A stretch of DNA of 64,000 nucleotides from Vicugna vicugna (lineage: Eukaryota), in NCBI GenBank assembly GCA_013265495.1, contig MU058463.1:4238244-4302243 (forward strand), read 5' to 3'. Positions 1 through 13,526 of this stretch are shown piece by piece (within the stretch, counting starts at the first letter, position 1; the number at the start of each line of letters is the position of its first letter). The notes under the pieces were generated by a model. It did not search any database. It had not been told where the DNA came from and saw only the letters and a program-made list of their open reading frames with translations. The translations under genes and the position numbers were made by a program.

Positions 1-114
1 ACAGCCTCCCAGCAAAGCTGCTCCAGATCCCTGACCCTAAGAAACTGCTAATAAAGGTTTGTTGTTTTAAAAGTCTCGAGGATAATTGATTACACAGTAC
101 TAGATAATTAATAC
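1..114 (+). mobile_element. 3' end of a MaLR (MLT1-like) LTR
   Basis: 'ctgacc..agaaactg..aataaa..tgttgttttaa....agataattaataca' resembles the MLT1 U5 end; recognised by eye. Confidence 0.55.
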
Positions 115-331
115 AAACTCCAACCTGTTAATAGACCTCACACGGGCTCTTCGGATCTGACCTGAGTCAGCTCCTCATTCTCACATTGGGCTTGGATCTC
201 TCCTCCACCCAAGATCTTCATGCTTTAGGGATCTACCAATGATTCCTTCTCACTTCTCGTGTCTTCTCTGCACCCCATACTCCTTTCTTCTCCCCTCACT
301 CCACAGCTTTCTTCTCATCTTCCACCTAAGT

Positions 332-525
332 CAGTGATTCTTAGTCAGAGAAGAGTTTGTCCCCCAAGGGACACTGGCAACGTCTGGAGACACTCACCAA
401 ATTGTGGCATCTAGTGAGTAGGATCCAGGATGCTGCTGAACATCCTACAATGTGCAGGACAGCCCCCTACAACAATGAATTAATCGGTCTAAAACGTTAA
501 TGATGTCGAAGTTGAGAAACTCCTG
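332..525. mobile_element. MER20-like hAT-Charlie DNA transposon remnant
   Basis: 'cagtgattct...ggcaacgtctggagaca...tggcatctagtgagtag..ccaggatgctgctgaacatcctacaatg..caggacagccccc...gttgagaaactcctg'; a second copy lies at ~61610-61842. Confidence 0.7.
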
Positions 526-1390
526 TCTAAGTGTAGAGGTTACATCTAGGAGGCCTCAAAACATCCTGAGTTTAGGTCAGTTTTCCCACCCGCGTGTTCC
601 CAGGGGGCACAGAATTTCGCTCTTTATGTCCCTTATTGGATTGGGAAGTTCTGTTTAGGAAGAGGACTGATCTACCCGCCGATCACTATATCTAAGGTCT
701 CATGCATAGTAGGTACTCAATAAATTCTTGTTGAATGAATTAATGCAAACCCAGTGCTGTCAATCGGTCAATCATACTAACACCTGAATGAAATTTAATC
801 CCTCTTTATTCCCAGTGGGAATGAGTCAGCAAGGTTTTCTTTTGTTTGTTTGTTTTTAATGGCTGTGGCTTTTGTAATACTATGAAAGGCTGGTCCAACA
901 GCAAGTAGAATACAATGGACAAATATTTCTCTTTATCTCAGCAACAACAGGTCCTGCTAGAAGGGATGGCTTGTGAATATGAGCTATCAGAGTAAATCAG
1001 GAATATATAAAACAACAAATCTGGACTGTGAGACTGCAGACTGTTTCTGAAAAGGAAAGTTCCCTTAATCCAGTCACCTTCGTCCAGAATAGCTGATTGG
1101 GCAAATTTGAATTTCAGTTTTTCTTTTTCTGCCCTGCCCTTCCTGTGCAAAATATGGTGAGTCAGTCTCTGGACTGTAATTATTAAGTTTCATTTTTTTG
1201 GAAAGCTTACGGTTTACCAGGGAGCGCAGTGGTAGCAATCAGTGTTTCTGTCCCTGACTAGTTTTTGTTAATTCCTTTGGGATATTGAAACATATTTATC
1301 ATAAGAATGTTTTGTTAAAGAGAATACTTGGGGGCAAATTTAATTTCCTTAAAACAACAACAGCAACCTCTGGAAATGTTGCAGAAAAAA

Positions 1391-1878
1391 TGTGTTACAG
1401 CTCAATGCTATATAGCTCGGTGTTACAGCTCGGTTGTGACAGTAACCTGGATCCAGGTGAGAGACCAAGCAGCACTGGGAGGGTTGGAGAACTCAGGTTT
1501 ATTATGCCAGCAGGCCCAGAGGAGTTAACACTCCAAGCTCTGGACCCCGTCTGCAAGTTTACACAGGCTTTTATAGGCCGCCAGTTTACACTTTGCAACA
1601 TCATATACAAATGAGGTATAATGAAAGTTGGCTAATTAGGAACAAGCTTTGTAGAAATGGACCAATCAGGAAGGAGAGAAATAACCAATCACGAGTGAGG
1701 GAAATGGACCAATCAGGAGTGAGCTCAGGGAACCAATAGAATTTTAGGGGTAAGCAAGCCGTTTCAGGGGCAAAAAGTGAGCTAGAGCCTCTGGGCCAGG
1801 GAACTGGATGGTGCTGGCAGGAGAGTAGTGGCCCTGCCTGGGGATCCTGCTAGTCTTTCTATGGGGCTTCCCACCTCA
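1391..1878 (-). mobile_element. Solo ERV LTR (family not assigned)
   Basis: TG...CA ends. On the minus strand there is AATAAA (tttatt ~1498-1503), a TATA box (ttttata ~1569-1575) and upstream CCAAT boxes, in U3-R-U5 order. No clean TSD found. Confidence 0.6.
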
Positions 1879-2082
1879 TAATAACAGCCATCAAAATCTC
1901 CATCGCTAAGGCTGTTATTTATTGCCGTTGTTCTGGTTCCATTTTCCCCAGCCCTTAGGCAATAAGATAAAACCAAATTTTAACATGAAAACTTCAGTAA
2001 AACATCAAGAAAGGATATTTTAAAGCAATAAATTAGGATAATGACTCACAGAGTCAGTAGGTTTATTTGTGTATATATGTTC

Positions 2083-2086
<4 letters not shown>

Positions 2087-2124
<38 letters not shown>
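2087..2124. repeat. (TG)n microsatellite
   Basis: Directly visible dinucleotide run. Confidence 0.95.
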
Positions 2125-2129
<5 letters not shown>

Positions 2130-5100
2130 TTCTTTATCAGCTTAGTAAATTTTGGATGGAACTTTGCAAGTGTCCAGGAAGGAATTAGGTTCCTGTGAAG
2201 TGAGGACTTTGAAGTATTGAAGGAACGTGTGGCTGTAAAATTATCGCTTAAATATAATTGACTTAACATATTTTATTTTGAAGATATCTTTCCATTTGTG
2301 GAAGCTCAGGGTGGGTTATAATTTACTCTCTAAAACACTCTACCTTAAAGAAAAGCACTGTTTGTAGCTTTTCTCATAAGCACAAAATAGCCTGTTAGTG
2401 TTTCTTAGTTAACTAGCAAATACCAAGTGATTCTCCACCAGCTGTATTACCCTGCATCAGATGTTGGCAAAAGAAGAATAAAATGGATGGATGCCTTATT
2501 TGAAGAAATCTGGGAGACATTTAAAAAATATTCCATGTAGAAATTGTGTATGCACATTTAGCAGGCAGAATAGATTCTAAGTAGTTCCTCCTCTTTCGAA
2601 GCTATATTTATTAGAATCATCATGGACCTCAAAAGGAACGTGGTTAAGCATTTCAGCAGCAAAAGCCTAGTTACTTCCTCTTGATTTTCCCATTTCACAC
2701 CTGGGGTTCCTTTTTTAATGATCAAATCTTTCCTTAGCTCAGGGAAATTTTCTTCTACTGTTTGCTTTGTTCATTTCCTTGTCTACTCTCCTTCTGAACA
2801 TATATTAGGCACATATTAGTTTTTGTGCCTTAATCCTCCACATCTCGTCTTGATTCTTATAATTTCCGTATTTTTACATTTCTCTTTAGTGCTTTGATAA
2901 GATTGCATGATCTGGTCTTCCCATCAATAATTTGGTCTTCATTTGTGCCCATTCTGCTATTCAGCTCTTTTAATGAGTTTCTTATTTTGGCAATAACATT
3001 TTTTATTTTATAAGAACCCTTTTTCTTGTGCTCTGATTAACATTTTACATAGAAGCATGAAGATGCTAGTTTATGAATACTGTAACTTAATCTCCTTGAG
3101 AAAATAGCTTCAAATTTTAAGTGTTCTTTTCTGTTTCTTCTGGGATATTCACAATACTTCCTCATCTGGTACCTCTCTTTCATGCTGTTGGTTTTCTTCA
3201 TGTTTACCCCTGATGGGTTCCATACAAATCAGACTGCCCACTGGTATTGGGACTCTGTCTATGGTGGCTGCTCCTCCATCCTCTCAATTTCCTAATCTAG
3301 AACCACAACCTCTAGGTGTGGAGACCATGGGACCTCCCTGGTCAGATCTTAAGGAAACTCTCAAGCTCAGCCAAAGTGAGAGGTACTGGTCAGGGTACAA
3401 AAACAGGAGGGCCAACATGGTCAACTATGCTTGCATATTACAGTTTTTTTAACATAAAAAAAAAATTGAGCCACGGAACCTACAGAGAGAACTTCAGGTT
3501 TACTCACTGACATCTCACTTTGGTAGAAATTTTGAATCAAATACACCAGACCACTACTGGGCTCTAGATTGCTCTCCTTAGATCAGTGTCTAGTGCTGGG
3601 CCAATCAGTCATGGCTGGGGTGCTGGGGTCTTGTGGGATCTGGTGTGGTTACTTCATCTTCAGAGGGGGACCACTGGTGTGCTGTCCATTACTTGGCTTG
3701 GCTTCTCAGGGGTGATGCTCTTCTCCCAAGAATTGTCATCATCTACTTTTCTTTTCTTTTTTCCCCCCCTTTTTTTATGTGGCTTTAACTGCCCAATTCA
3801 GTTGAACATAGACCATAAAGCAGGATATTAAGCTGACGTCTCAGTGATTTTATCCCCTCGTCCTCCACTTGCATATTTTCTTCATGGCTGATGAAGTTGC
3901 ATTCTAAAACTTGCTTCATGAAATTATCAGGGAGAGAGAGAGAGAACAGAGGGACACCAATGGACAGCTGAGACTGGACCCCATGGAAACGTCAGCTGTG
4001 GACTCACCTTGGTACATGGCCACATTCACAGGACTGGTTATCACTTTTGCAGGTCTTGATTTTATCAGTGCACCCAAAGTTGACTAGAGTCTTGGGGACT
4101 GACTCACTAATCCACATTATTTAAGAACAGGGAGTCAACCAGAATGCTAATTTGTTAATTTACATTGATCAGAATTCCCTAGGAGTCTGACGTGCAGGCC
4201 GTTTTCTGTACTGAATTGACCGAGAAGGTGAGTAAGCGACACTTACTTGGTCAGTAGCAGAGGAGCAGGCACTGAAAGCTGCCTTGCCCAGAACATCAAA
4301 GAGCCAGATGCAGCCCTTCCCCAGGATATCACCCACCTCCCTGGTGCCCAGACATGTGCATCCACCAGATTCTCTGCTCAATGCACTTGGCCAGATTCTT
4401 ATTTTGCTCTCCATAAATCACCTTTATGTTGTTAGCCTTTTAGTCTTTACAAAGACATGATGCTAACTTACAGCACAATATAATCAGACGTTCTTGGGTT
4501 TTACATTTTAAGCTCTAAACACATCAGCCTTGACTGTTGTGGAGTTGGTGAGCTCTGTAGCCTCTGATTTTGCTACACAATAAAACACAGCCTCTGGCTA
4601 CCAACAGCATGACAACTAAAGGCCAAAACTCACTGTTTTCCTGATTCAGTGAGAGAGAAGTTCCTGTCAGTTGAAATGTCTCTCATGATTCATTCAAAGT
4701 ACACAGATTAGCCATGCATTTCAACTTCTTAGTATTTCCTCAAATTTTTAGAAAAATATTTAGAATAAATGTGACCTCTTCTGATTTTTCTGAGACATGG
4801 TATTTTCCATAGGACTATTTGGGTTCTGCCTTCTGGAATTCCTACTTAGCCTCACTCCTTTCCTCCCTCCCTCTATAATTCACAAAGAACATTCTCCTTT
4901 TTCAGCAGCTTACCATGCATAACCAAATCTAGTTTGCAAAGATTTTAAAACTCTCTGACTGTGGTTTCGTTCCTTGAATCAGTGTTATTCTTTTTTCCTA
5001 CCAGCTGAAAAAAAAAAGGTCTTAGTCTCAGATGTGTGAAAAATGGGAAACGGAATTGTCAGAATCAACAAGGAGTCTTCTGTATGTGGAAAAATACCCT

Positions 5101-6869
5101 GCTAAAGATTGTAGATGTGGGGAAGAGGCCAAGATGGTGGAGTAGAAGGATGCTTGTAGCTCACCCTCTCCCACAAATGCATCAAGACTCACATTCACAG
5201 ACCCTCTCACCCAACCAGAGCACTTGCGGAACTCTGACAGAACATCATCCTCTTCAAAAGATAGAGACTCCAAAAATCTGGTAGTAGAAAAGGAAAAAAG
5301 AAGGAAGAAAAGGCAAAACAAAGCGGGACAGGTCCCGCAGGAAGGGAGCGGCAAAGGAGGACTAGTGCTCACTAGCTGGATCTCCCCTCTTGAACTGAGA
5401 GGCTAGCGGGATGGAGGGGGAGCCTCCGAGGCTCGGATCTGTACAAAGCAGCCCTCGACCAACAGAACTAAGTTACATGGGCACAGAGGGTCCCCACAAC
5501 ACCCAGCCTGAGATGCGGGCCGGCAGCTGGGGGCAGGGCCAGGCTGCCCAAGCTGGGTGGAGGACAGGGGCGGCTGCACAGAGGCAGCCCTGGGGGACTG
5601 CAAGGGGCTGCCCGCCGTGGCTGTGGGTGCACAGGGCAGAACAACCTGGGCCCTCCATAAAACAACAGGGCTGATATGCCCTGGGGGGGTAGGGTGCATA
5701 CCTGCATCTCTGAAAACCCGCGGAAGGTTTTTGGGTGAAGAGAGGCGGGGCTCAGGCACAGCCGCCATAGCCTCTGGCGCTTAGCATCCAGGCTGGGGTG
5801 GGGGTGAAACCTGCATCCGCACCTAAGGGCTTAGCAGCCTCAAGGGCCAGACAAGACTTGTCTACAGCCTGAGGCAGATAGGATCCTTCCATCCTGGTCT
5901 GTCAGAGAACTTGTTCTGCCAAGACAAACAAGGAGCTAGGTTTTGGCCCGGAGCAGGGACAGGGCTGTTTCTCAGTCTTCCCGGAGCCCACCTGCGGAGC
6001 GCCGGCCAGGACGGAGCGCGTAGCCTCACAGAGCAGCGGAGCTACCGGCGGTGCAGGTAGAGGGAGGGCGGCCCCCCGCCTTGCGGGCAGGAACACAGCC
6101 CCTGACCGAGGCGCTGGGAGGGGGCACGACCCGCCTCCTGCCTGGCCAGTCTGCAACATCTGACTGCGGCATCGGGAGGAGCAGTGACCCGCCCGCCCAC
6201 AGCAAAGTAGAGCTGCACCTGACCCAGTGTTGGGAGAGGGTGCGATCTGCTTGACGACAGGCACTGGGAGCACCGCAGACGAGGGCGCCAACAGAGGGCC
6301 TCTGGAAACGGCAAGCTGAGCTTCCAAAACAGGACGAAGACAGAAAGACTTCACATTAAAAGCAAACAGACTCCAGGAGAACACCTACTCCTCCCTTTTT
6401 TCTTTTTCTTTTTTTTAAATCTGTTTTTACCTGTTCTATTTTCTATTATCCTTTTAATTTTTAATTCTTAAACACTTTTATATACCCCCAGTTTTAATCC
6501 CTTTAAATTTTTTAAAAAATATTTTTATTATTATTATTTTAAAAAATCTACATCATTTCATTTTTTACTTCTCTTGGTTTTGATGTCCTGTTATTGATTA
6601 TACACAGGTTTCAAATACACCTTTTCCTCTTTTCTCCTTTTTTAAAGGTTTTTAAATGACGTCTCAACCCGATTGCTATTCTGCTTCAACTTGCTCTTCT
6701 ACTATTCACTATACACCATTTTCAAAGCTTTTTTTCTCCCTTCTTTTAAAACTCTTTCTCTCTCTCTCTTTTTTTCTTTATAAGTTTTATTCCTACATAG
6801 GCATTAGATAAACTCCTTAAGGACCACAATAGATAACAGATACTCCATAAACCACAGTGCCAGAGTGGT

Positions 6870-7764
6870 ATGAACAAGATGAAGAAGCAGAGAAACCATT
6901 CCCAATTAAAAGAACAAGAGAAGTCCCCTGAAAGAATTATCAATGAAATAGACATTGATAGCCTACTAGATTAAGATTTCAAAAAAGGAGTGATCAAAGT
7001 ACCAAAGGAACTAAAAGAGATAGTGTTTAGAGATATAAAATATGTCAAAAATGAAACTGAAGCTATAAAGAAGAGCCAGGTAGAACTGGTAAACTCATTG
7101 GCTGAGATGAGAAATGATCTAAAGGCTGTGCAAAGCAGACTACATAATGTAGAGGAACGAATTAGTGACCTAGAAGACAGGACAACAGAAAGCACCCAAT
7201 CAGAACACCTACAGGATAAACAATTAAAAACAAATGAAAATAGCATAAGGGACCTATGGGATAATATAAAGCATGCCAGTCTTCACATAATAGGGGTCCC
7301 AGAAGGGGAAGAAAGATCAATGGGGATTGAAAAGGTTTTTTAAGAAGTCATGACTGACCCAACCTAAAAAAAGGAATCAATATTCCAAGTACAGGAAGCT
7401 CAGAGGGTCCCAAACAGGAAGAACCCAAACAGACCCCACCAAGACATATCATAATCAAGATGGCCAGAGTGAAGGATAAAAAAATGATCCTAAAGGCAAC
7501 AAGGGAAAAGCAAAGAGTGAGTTACAAGGGAACCCCCTTAAGGCTCTCAGCAGATTTCTCTACACAAACACTACAGGCCAGAAGGGAGTGGCAAGATATA
7601 TCCAAAGTCCTGAATGAAAAAAAATGCAGCCTAGGGTACTTTATCCAGCAAGGCTATCCTTTAGGATAGAAGGAGACGTAAAGAATTTCACAGACAAGAA
7701 AAAGCTACAAGAGTTTAGCAACACAAAACCCATGCTAAAAGAAATATTGAAAGGTCTACTCTAA
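6870..7764 (+). pseudogene. L1 ORF1p (disrupted)
   Basis: Reads MNKMKKQRNHSQLKEQEK..., coiled coil 'RLHNVEERISDLEDR', 'IRDLWDNIK..LHIIGVPEGEE', 'PLRLSADFS', ending EILKGLL*. Premature TAA at 6972-6974 and 7341-7343, plus frameshifts. Confidence 0.92.
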
Positions 7765-7800
7765 ATAGAAAAGCAGCAGGATGCTACAGAAATGAGAAAC

Positions 7801-8255
7801 NNNNNNNNNNNNNNNNNNNNNNNNNNNNNNNNNNNNNNNNNNNNNNNNNNNNNNNNNNNNNNNNNNNNNNNNNNNNNNNNNNNNNNNNNNNNNNNNNNNN
7901 NNNNNNNNNNNNNNNNNNNNNNNNNNNNNNNNNNNNNNNNNNNNNNNNNNNNNNNNNNNNNNNNNNNNNNNNNNNNNNNNNNNNNNNNNNNNNNNNNNNN
8001 NNNNNNNNNNNNNNNNNNNNNNNNNNNNNNNNNNNNNNNNNNNNNNNNNNNNNNNNNNNNNNNNNNNNNNNNNNNNNNNNNNNNNNNNNNNNNNNNNNNN
8101 NNNNNNNNNNNNNNNNNNNNNNNNNNNNNNNNNNNNNNNNNNNNNNNNNNNNNNNNNNNNNNNNNNNNNNNNNNNNNNNNNNNNNNNNNNNNNNNNNNNN
8201 NNNNNNNNNNNNNNNNNNNNNNNNNNNNNNNNNNNNNNNNNNNNNNNNNNNNNNN
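7801..8255. other. Assembly gap (N run) covering the L1 ORF1/ORF2 spacer and ORF2 start
   Basis: Run of N. Confidence 0.99.
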
Positions 8256-11200
8256 GCATTAACATCACTAGACAGACCTTCCAGACAGAAAATAAATAAG
8301 GCAACAGAGAAATTAAATAATACAATAGAAAAATTAGATTTGGTGGATATTTTCAGAGCATTACACCCCCCCAAAATAGGATATACATTCTGTTCAAGTG
8401 CACATGGAATATTTTCCAGGATTGATCATGTACTTGGGCACAAAAGAAACCTCAGCAATTTTAAGAAGATAGAAATTATCTCAAGCATCTTTACTGACCA
8501 CAATGCCATGAAACTAGAAATCAACAACAGAGAAACAAAGGAGAACAAAAGGAATGCATGGAGATGAAACAATATGCTACCAAAAAACCAATGGGTCAAT
8601 GAGGAAATCAAAGCTGAAGTTAAAAAATACCTTGAGACAAATGAAAATGAAAGCACAACCACACAAAATTTATGGGACACAGCAAAGGCAGTGCTAAGAG
8701 GGAAGTTTATAGCGCTACAGGCCTTCATCAAAAAAGAAAAATAATCTCAAATAAAAAAATTTAACCTACCAGCTGAGAGAACCAGAAAAAGAAAAACAAA
8801 AAACCCCAAAAGGCAGCAGAAGAAAGGAAATTATAAAGATTAGGGAGGAAATAAATAAAATAGAGATTTAAAAAAATAGAAAAAAATCATTCAAACCGAA
8901 AGCTGGCTTTTTGAAAAAGTAAATAAAATCAACAGACCGCTGGCCAAACTCACAAAGAAGAAAAAAGAGACAGCACAAATTAGCAAAATAAGAAAGGAAA
9001 ATGGAGAAATTACAGCAAATAAAATGGAAATACAGAATATCATATGAGAATATTATGAAAAACTATATGGAACCAAACTGGATAACTTAGAGGAGATGGA
9101 CAAGTTTCTGGAAACATACAGTCCACCAAGACTGAATCAAGAAGAAACTGACCACTTGAATAAACTGATCACTAGAAATGAAATCGAAATAGCAATAAAA
9201 AACCTCCCTACAAATAAAAGTCCAGGACCGGATGGCTTCACTGGGGAATTCTACCAAACATACAAAGAACTCATACCAGTCCTTATCAAACTATTCCAGA
9301 AGATTGGAAAGGAGGGGATACTCCCAAACTCATTCTATGAAGCCACCATCACCCTGATACCAAAACCAGGCAAAGACACTACCAAAAAAGAGAATTATAG
9401 GCCAATATCGCTGATGAACACAGACACCAAAATCCTCACCAAAATATTAGCAAGTAGAATCCAACAGCACATAAAAAAGATTATACATCATGACCAAGTG
9501 GAGTTCATCCCAGGGACACAAGGGTGGTTCAACATACACAAATCAATTGATGTAATACATCACATCAACAAGAGAAAGGACAAAAACCACATGATCATCT
9601 CAATCGATGCAGAAAAATCATCTGATAAAATTCAACACCCATTTATGATTAAAAAAACTCTCACCAAAGTGGGTATAGAGGGAACATATCTCATCATAAT
9701 AAAAGCTACATATGACAAACCTACAGCCAGCATAGTACTCCATGGTGAAAAACTCAAAAGCTTCCCACTAAAATCTGGGACAAGACAAGGATGCCCACTA
9801 TCACCCCTCCTATTCAACATAGTCTTGGAAGTCCTAGCCACAGCAGTCAGGCAAGAGAGAGAAATAAAAGGGATCCAAATTGGAAAAGAAGAGGTAAAAG
9901 TGTCACTATATGCAGATGATATGTTACTATATATAGAAAACCCTAAAATGCCCATACAAAAACTACTAGAGCTGATTGAAGAATTCAGCAAGGTAGCAGG
10001 TTACAAGATTAACGTTTAAAAATCAGTTACATTTCTTTACACTAATGACGAATCAACAGAAATAGAAATTAAAGAAACAATCCTGTTTAAAATAGCACCC
10101 AAAGTAATAAAATATCTAGGAATAAATCTAACCAAGGAGGTGAAAGAATTATACACAGAAAGCTATAAACCATTGATTAAGGAAATTAAAGAAGACTTTA
10201 AAAAATGGAAAGATNNNNNNNNNNNNNNNNNNNNNNNNNNNNNNNNNNNNNNNNNNNNNNNNNNNNNNNNNNNNNNNNNNNNNNNNNNNNNNNNNNNNNN
10301 NNNNNNNNNNNNNNNNNNNNNNNNNNNNNNNNNNNNNNNNNNNNNNNNNNNNNNNNNNNNNNNNNNNNNNNNNNNNNNNNNNNNNNNNNNNNNNNNNNNN
10401 NNNNNNNNNNNNNNNNNNNNNNNNNNNNNNNNNNNNNNNNNNNNNNNNNNNNNNNNNNNNNNNNNNNNNNNNNNNNNNNNNNNNNNNNNNNNNNNNNNNN
10501 NNNNNNNNNNNNNNNNNNNNNNNNNNNNNNNNNNNNNNNNNNNNNNNNNNNNNNNNNNNNNNNNNNNNNNNNNNNNNNNNNNNNNNNNNNNNNNNNNNNN
10601 NNNNNNNNNNNNNNNNNNNNNNNNNNNNNNNNNNNNNNNNNNNNNNNNNNNNNNNNNNNNNNNNNNNNNNNNNNNNNNNNNNNNNNNNNNNNNNNNNNNN
10701 NNNNNNNNNNNNNNNNNNNNNNNNNNNNNNNNNNNNNNNNNNNNNNNNATAGAGAGCCCAGAAATGAACCCACAAACTTTTGCTCAACTCATCTTCGACA
10801 AAGGAGGCAAGAATATACAATGGAATAAAGACAATCTCTTCAGCAAATGGTGTTGGGAAAACTGTACAGCAGCATGTAAAGCAGTGAAGCTTGAACACTC
10901 CCTTACACCATACACAAAAATCAACTCAAAATGGATCAAAGACTGAAATATAAGACAAGATACAATAAACGTCCTAGAAGAAAATATAGGCAAAACATTA
11001 TCTGACATACATGTCAAAAATGTTCTCCTAGAACAGTCTACTCAAGCAATAGAAGTAAAAGCAAGAATAAACAAGTGGGACCTAATGAAAATTACAAGCT
11101 TCTGCACAGCAAAGGAAACCATAAGTAAACAAAAAGACAACCTATGGAATGGGAAAAAATTTTTGTAAATGAAACCGATAAAGCCTTGATCTCCAGAATA

Positions 11201-11863
11201 TATAAGCAGCTCATTTGACTCAATAAGAAAAAAATAAACAACTCAATCCAAAGATGGGCAGAAGACCTAAACAAGCAATTCTCCAAGGAAGACATACAAA
11301 TGATCAATAAGCACATGAAAAAATGCTCAATATCACTAATTATCAGAGAAATGCAAATCAAAACTACAATGATGTACCACTTCATACCAGTCAGAATGGC
11401 CATCATTCAAAAATCCACAAATGACAACTGCTGGAGAGGCTGTGGAGAAAAGGGAACCCTCCGTCACTGCTGGTGGGAATGCAGTTTGGTGTAGCCACTG
11501 TGTAAAACAGTATGGAGATTCCTCAAAAGACTAGGAATAGATTTACCATATGACCCAGGAATCCCACTCCTGGGCATATATCCAGAAGGAACCCTACTTC
11601 AGGATGACACCCACACCCCAATGTTCATAGCAGCATTATTTACAATAGCCAAGACTTGGAAACAGCCTAAATGTCCATCAACAGATGACTGGATAAAGAA
11701 GAGGTGGTATATTTATACAATGGGATACTACTCAGCCATAAAAACCGACAACATAACACCATTTGCAGCAACATGGATGCTCCTGGAGAATGTCATTCTA
11801 AGTGAACTAAGCCAGAAAAAGAAAGAAAAATACCATAGGAGATCGCTCTTATGTGGAATCTAA
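8256..11863 (+). pseudogene. L1 ORF2p (endonuclease/RT/Cys-rich domains), disrupted; start lies in the gap
   Basis: EN 'FSRIDHVLG..FTDHNAMKLE'; RT '[13 protein letters not shown]', '[10 protein letters not shown]', YADD at 9909-9920; Cys-rich '[18 protein letters not shown]'. Multiple stops and frameshifts. Confidence 0.95.
10215..10748. other. Assembly gap (N run) within L1 ORF2
   Basis: Run of N. Confidence 0.99.
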
Positions 11864-12229
11864 AAAACAAACAAAGCAACAAAAAACAAACAAAGCATAA
11901 ATACAAAACAGAAATAGACTCATAGACATAGAATACAAACTTGTGGTTGCCAAGGGGGTGGGGGGTGGGAAGAGATAGACTGGGATTTCAAAATTGTAGA
12001 ATAGATAAACAAGATTATACTGTATAGCACAGGGAAATATACACAAGATCTTATGGTAGCTCATGGAGAAAAAAATGTGACAATGAATATATATATGTTC
12101 ATGTGTAACTGAAAAATTGTGCTGAACACTGGAATTTGACACAACATTGTAAAATTATTATAAATCAATAAAAAATGTTAAAAAAGAAAAGATTGTGGAT
12201 GTGGAAGAATAAGATATTGGGAAAATATA

Positions 12230-12899
12230 ACTAAAATAAACATCTTCTCTCAACACAGAAATCTTTTCCACAGAGGCGATAGAGAAAGAAAACACTTTAG
12301 TTCCTGAATAAGCATCGTGGTGTTCATGACAGCCAATCCCAAAAGAGACAGCAAAGACAGAAAAGAATCTCATCCCCTTACCTAGCCAAGCAGACACACC
12401 CATTGCACAAGTGTTCTCAAGGTCAACAGTAACTAGTGCCAAGTTAGAGGACTTGACAGCACTGTTTGTCACACATGGTTTATTCTATGTTTTCCTGGTA
12501 ATTGAGGTGACCCTCTGTGTTGGCTAATTGACTTCTTTCCAGAGGAAAATCACCCTTCTCATCTCTTTATGACAGGAAGTAGCTTTGCAACTTGGAACAA
12601 GGCACACATGAAAGTTAGGCCCCTGCCCTCCCACAGAAGGGGATGAGGGCACTGTCTTCCTTGATCTTTACATTCCTGAGTCAAAAAAACTGACAAGTTT
12701 TCTAAAGGATTTATGTACATTTAAATTTTTTTTTTTTTTTAGGATTTATGTACATTCTCAAGAGAGCAGAAAGTATCTACAATTTTAGTTTTCTAAAGTA
12801 AATACCCTAAGCAAATTGAGGGGAAGAGAACAAATCTTATTTCTTATTTTCATCAGGGAGAATTAAGCCTCTTATTTTAAATTTTTATTTGTCCTTACA
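12230..12899 (-). mobile_element. Probable old ERV1-type LTR remnant (MER34-like)
   Basis: Minus strand begins 'tgtaaggacaaataaaaattt..taagaggcttaattctccctg', resembling the start of ERV1 LTRs; left boundary uncertain. Confidence 0.4.
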
Positions 12900-13305
12900 A
12901 AGACAAAACAGCCCAACCCTTCGGAAGGGACCTGGGGACATGGACCTTAAAAGATAACCCTGTGGAGCAGTAAGCATGAAATGAGGGGTTCCAACAATAA
13001 AGGGGTGTATGGTTCCAAGGCCATGAGTGGACACTGGGGACAGAAGTGCTTTGGTAGCTCCGCAGAGCAAGTAGGCCTTGGGCTTTGGTGAGAGGATTCA
13101 GATGAACAACATGTGGGGAGGGAGGTCTGGCTCAGGGGACCTTAAGGGCAGCTTCTCTTTCTCAGTTTCTCCCTATTGCCAAGGAAAGGGCAAGTCTTGG
13201 ACCCCAGTGCTTTTTTTGCTTGCTCTGTGGTGGGAGTGGGGTCTTTCTTCTGGAGAAAATTGGGAAGAGTAGTGGGAGGGGGATTTGAAAGCAGCTGTGG
13301 TTAAT

Positions 13306-13373
13306 TTCTCTCTCTCTTTCTCTCTTTCCTTCTTTCCTTCCTTCCTTCTTTCCTACCTTTCTTCCTTCTTTTC
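13306..13373. repeat. Polypyrimidine (TC/TTCC) low-complexity repeat
   Basis: Directly visible. Confidence 0.85.
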
Positions 13374-13526
13374 TAACCAAGGAACCATTAATGCCTCTGA
13401 GCAGGGGTGACTTCTGATCTGACTTTTCTGAAAGAATCCTAAAGGCTTCAGGAATTTATTTTCACCTCAATCTTCTGGGAGCTTCTTTGTTTAGCAAGAC
13501 TGGTGGTGAAGAATTATAGGGAAGGG

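Larger units (their letters stand above)
5121..12187 (+). mobile_element. Full-length, inactivated LINE-1
   Basis: Starts ggaagaggccaagatgg (YY1-like), followed by a ~1.75 kb 5'UTR, ORF1, ORF2, 3'UTR with AATAAA and an A tail. TSD aaagattgt(a/g)gatgtgg at 5104-5120 and 12188-12204 (16/17 identical). Confidence 0.97.

Noticed and set aside
5403..6384. Cluster of 60-160 aa ORFs on both strands
   Set aside because: They lie in the GC-rich L1 5'UTR. An ORF0-like antisense ORF cannot be supported without a consensus.
7756..10946. Long ORFs full of X
   Set aside because: Artefacts of translating N gaps.
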